Shown here one piece after another: positions 61,783 through 64,000 of a DNA stretch of 64,000 nucleotides. A program made the position numbers and the translations under genes. Each line of letters starts with the position of its first letter. The first letter of the stretch is position 1. The DNA comes from Mobula hypostoma (Eukaryota): contig NC_086097.1 in NCBI RefSeq assembly GCF_963921235.1, positions 20,214,001 through 20,278,000 on the forward strand, read 5' to 3'. A model generated the notes under the pieces. That model did no database searches, had not been told where the DNA came from, and worked only from the letters and a program-made list of their open reading frames with translations.

Positions 61783-63099
61783 GTAAGGATGATAGACACC
61801 TTGATCAACTTATGAATCCACGGATCGGATATACATCTTTGCACAATAATGTGGGCTGGAAATGAGACTCTGAAAGTCTTCTGTGAGTTCTAACACACCT
61901 AGGTGTTTGAGGTCAATATGGTCAACCAGTAGCCACCATATGTGCATTGACATGACCTTTCCACTCTCAGCTCTTGGTGTCCCTGAACTTGGTGGCACAG
62001 TCTGCCATAGAGTGGCGTAACCAGCAACATTCACTTGTATATTTTTTCCAGCAACTGTTTCGTATAGGTGTCTATAAAGTGACAATTTGTTTGCTACCTT
62101 AAAGGGAGAACTGGAGGAAGGAACAGGAGTCACCAGATATGTTAGTACCATTATCAGCACCATCTCTCCCAAATACTGCTGCAGGATGTTTATAAACATG
62201 AGATCTTGCAGCTACTGGAAATCAAGAGCAACACACACAAAATGCTAGAGGAACTCAGCACATCAGGTAGCAGAATCCAAATCAGGTTTATTATCACCGG
62301 CATGTGACGTGAAATTTGTTAACTTAGCAGCAGCAGTTCAAGGCAATACATAATCTAGCAGAGAGAAAAATAATAATGAATGAAATAAAACATAATAAAC
62401 AAACAAGTAAATCAATTATGGATATTGAATAGATTTTTTTAATGTGCAAAAGCAGAAATACTGTATATTTTTTTTAAAAAGTGAGGTGGGCCAGCAGTGG
62501 TGGCCAAATCACTGAGCTGGAAGCCAGGAGCAGATGGGCAGTGATTTGGCCACCACTGCCAGCCCACCAACTGGAGAGTGTCGTGGTTAAGGGTTGAAAC
62601 ACACTGTGAAGGTTGGGAACCACCTGATGACATCTGCTCCTGGCTGAAGGCTATGGTTACCTTATAAGGTAACTGGAGAATACACCCTAACAGGTGTATG
62701 TAACAAGGTAGTGTCTAAAGCTTCAATGTCCATTTGGGAATCGGATGGCAGAGGGGAAGAAGCTGTTCCTGAAAATGCATCTATGAAAATGAATAAAAAG
62801 TCAATGTTTTGGGCTGAGACCCTTCGTCGGGATTGGAAAGTAAGGGGGAAGGAAGCCCAAATAAGGTGGGGCAAAGGGAGGGAGTACAAGCTAGAAAGTG
62901 ATAGATGAAACTAGGGTGTTTAGGTATTTTTGGGGGATTCCCTGAAAAATACTACTTTATAGGTGGAAATATGATCTGAGTAATTTGAATCAATATAATC
63001 TCAGCATAGTGATACTACCTTCCCACAAGGAAAATTGCCTCAGTTCCACCCTGATTATCAACTGAATACGTACTGTTTGTGGCCAAAGAGTAAGGCTGC

Positions 63100-64000
63100 A
63101 CAAGAGTATTGTGTACAGTTCTGGCCACTCTGTTACAGAATGGATGTGGAGGCTTTGAAAACAGTGTATAAAAGGTTTACCAGGCTGCTGTCTGGATAAC
63201 AGGGCACTGAGCCATAAGGGAATAGGACAAACTTGGGTTGCTTCTGGGGCATTAGCAGCTGAGGGGTGACCTGATATGAGAGGTGTAGTTAGGATAGTTA
63301 GTCAGAATCTTTTCCCAAGGGTAGAAATACTGAATATTAAAAGACATACCTTTAAGCTGAGGACAGAATTTAGGAGTAGGGATATTATGTTGGAGTAGGA
63401 ACATTTTGTTTGTTATATAATAGGTGAGACCACACTTGGAGTATTCTGTACAGTTTTGATTACTGTAGGAAGGACATCAAGCTGGAGAGAGTGCAGAAGA
63501 GATTTATAAGGGTGCTGGCTGGACTAGAGGGTCGATAATTGTAGGAAGAGGTTGACCATGCTGGATCTTTACTCCTTTGAGCACAGGAGAATGAGCAGTG
63601 ACCTCAAGGAACTTTTTAAAATCATGAGGGATATGGATAATGTGGATGGTTATAGTCTTTCTTCCAGGGTCTGAGGGTCTTAGAACAGATACAAGAGAAG
63701 AGGGGAGAGATTTACAATAGCTGGGAGTGACTTCTTTAAACAGAGTAGTACCTGGGCAATGAGCTGACAGAGGAAATGACTGAGGCAGGTATGATTGCAA
63801 CATTTAATAGGTACATGAAAAAGGGGGTCTTGGAAGGTTATGGGCTAAACATGGGCAAGTGAAACTACAAGGGAGGACAAATTGGGCCCAAGGGCCTGTA
63901 TCTATGCTGTATTCTGAGGTGAGTGGGGACCAGGTTTAAAGGAGATTTTTGTTACAGGGAGCAGTGGATGTCTAGCACATGTTGCCATGTAGTGGTGGAA
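63100..64000 (+). mobile_element. Several degraded CR1 3' fragments
   Basis: EYCVQFW.., LERVQ.RF, LSYKE-type remnants repeated twice. Confidence 0.7.

Noticed and set aside
1..64000. Prokaryote-type systems (CRISPR arrays, retrons, operons)
   Set aside because: Spliceosomal introns and vertebrate retroelements throughout; no regularly spaced repeat-spacer array seen

Overview
Eukaryotic (vertebrate) genomic DNA, very repeat-rich. The repeat set (CR1 LINEs with short tandem tails, V-type SINEs, Penelope-like elements, Rex1/Babar LINEs) suggests a cartilaginous fish, probably a ray or skate (inference). Two spliced genes lie head-to-head. COQ6 is on the minus strand: exons 1-4 run 12555 to 1126 and the gene continues off the left edge. 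FAM161B is on the plus strand: 8 coding exons run 19228 to 61782 (576 codons, all splice phases consistent) and the gene continues off the right edge. Each gene has its own GC-rich promoter, about 6.7 kb apart ATG to ATG. Most ORFs in the supplied track are transposon fragments or noise. Points of most interest: (1) Penelope-derived foldback elements carrying minimal hammerhead-ribozyme cores, including a ~490 bp inverted repeat with a 14 bp target duplication; (2) a near full-length CR1 whose 5' half is precisely inverted; (3) a closely related inverted CR1 pair bracketing FAM161B exons 2-5, a 1215 nt stop-free phase-0 block; (4) an RFX X-box in FAM161B intron 1; (5) a young RLE-type (HERO-like) retroelement with a possible 3' pseudoknot; (6) several multi-level nested insertions. 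I found no clearly new protein-coding system. Repeat family names come from motif recognition by eye, not database searches, and TE boundaries without a stated TSD are approximate.
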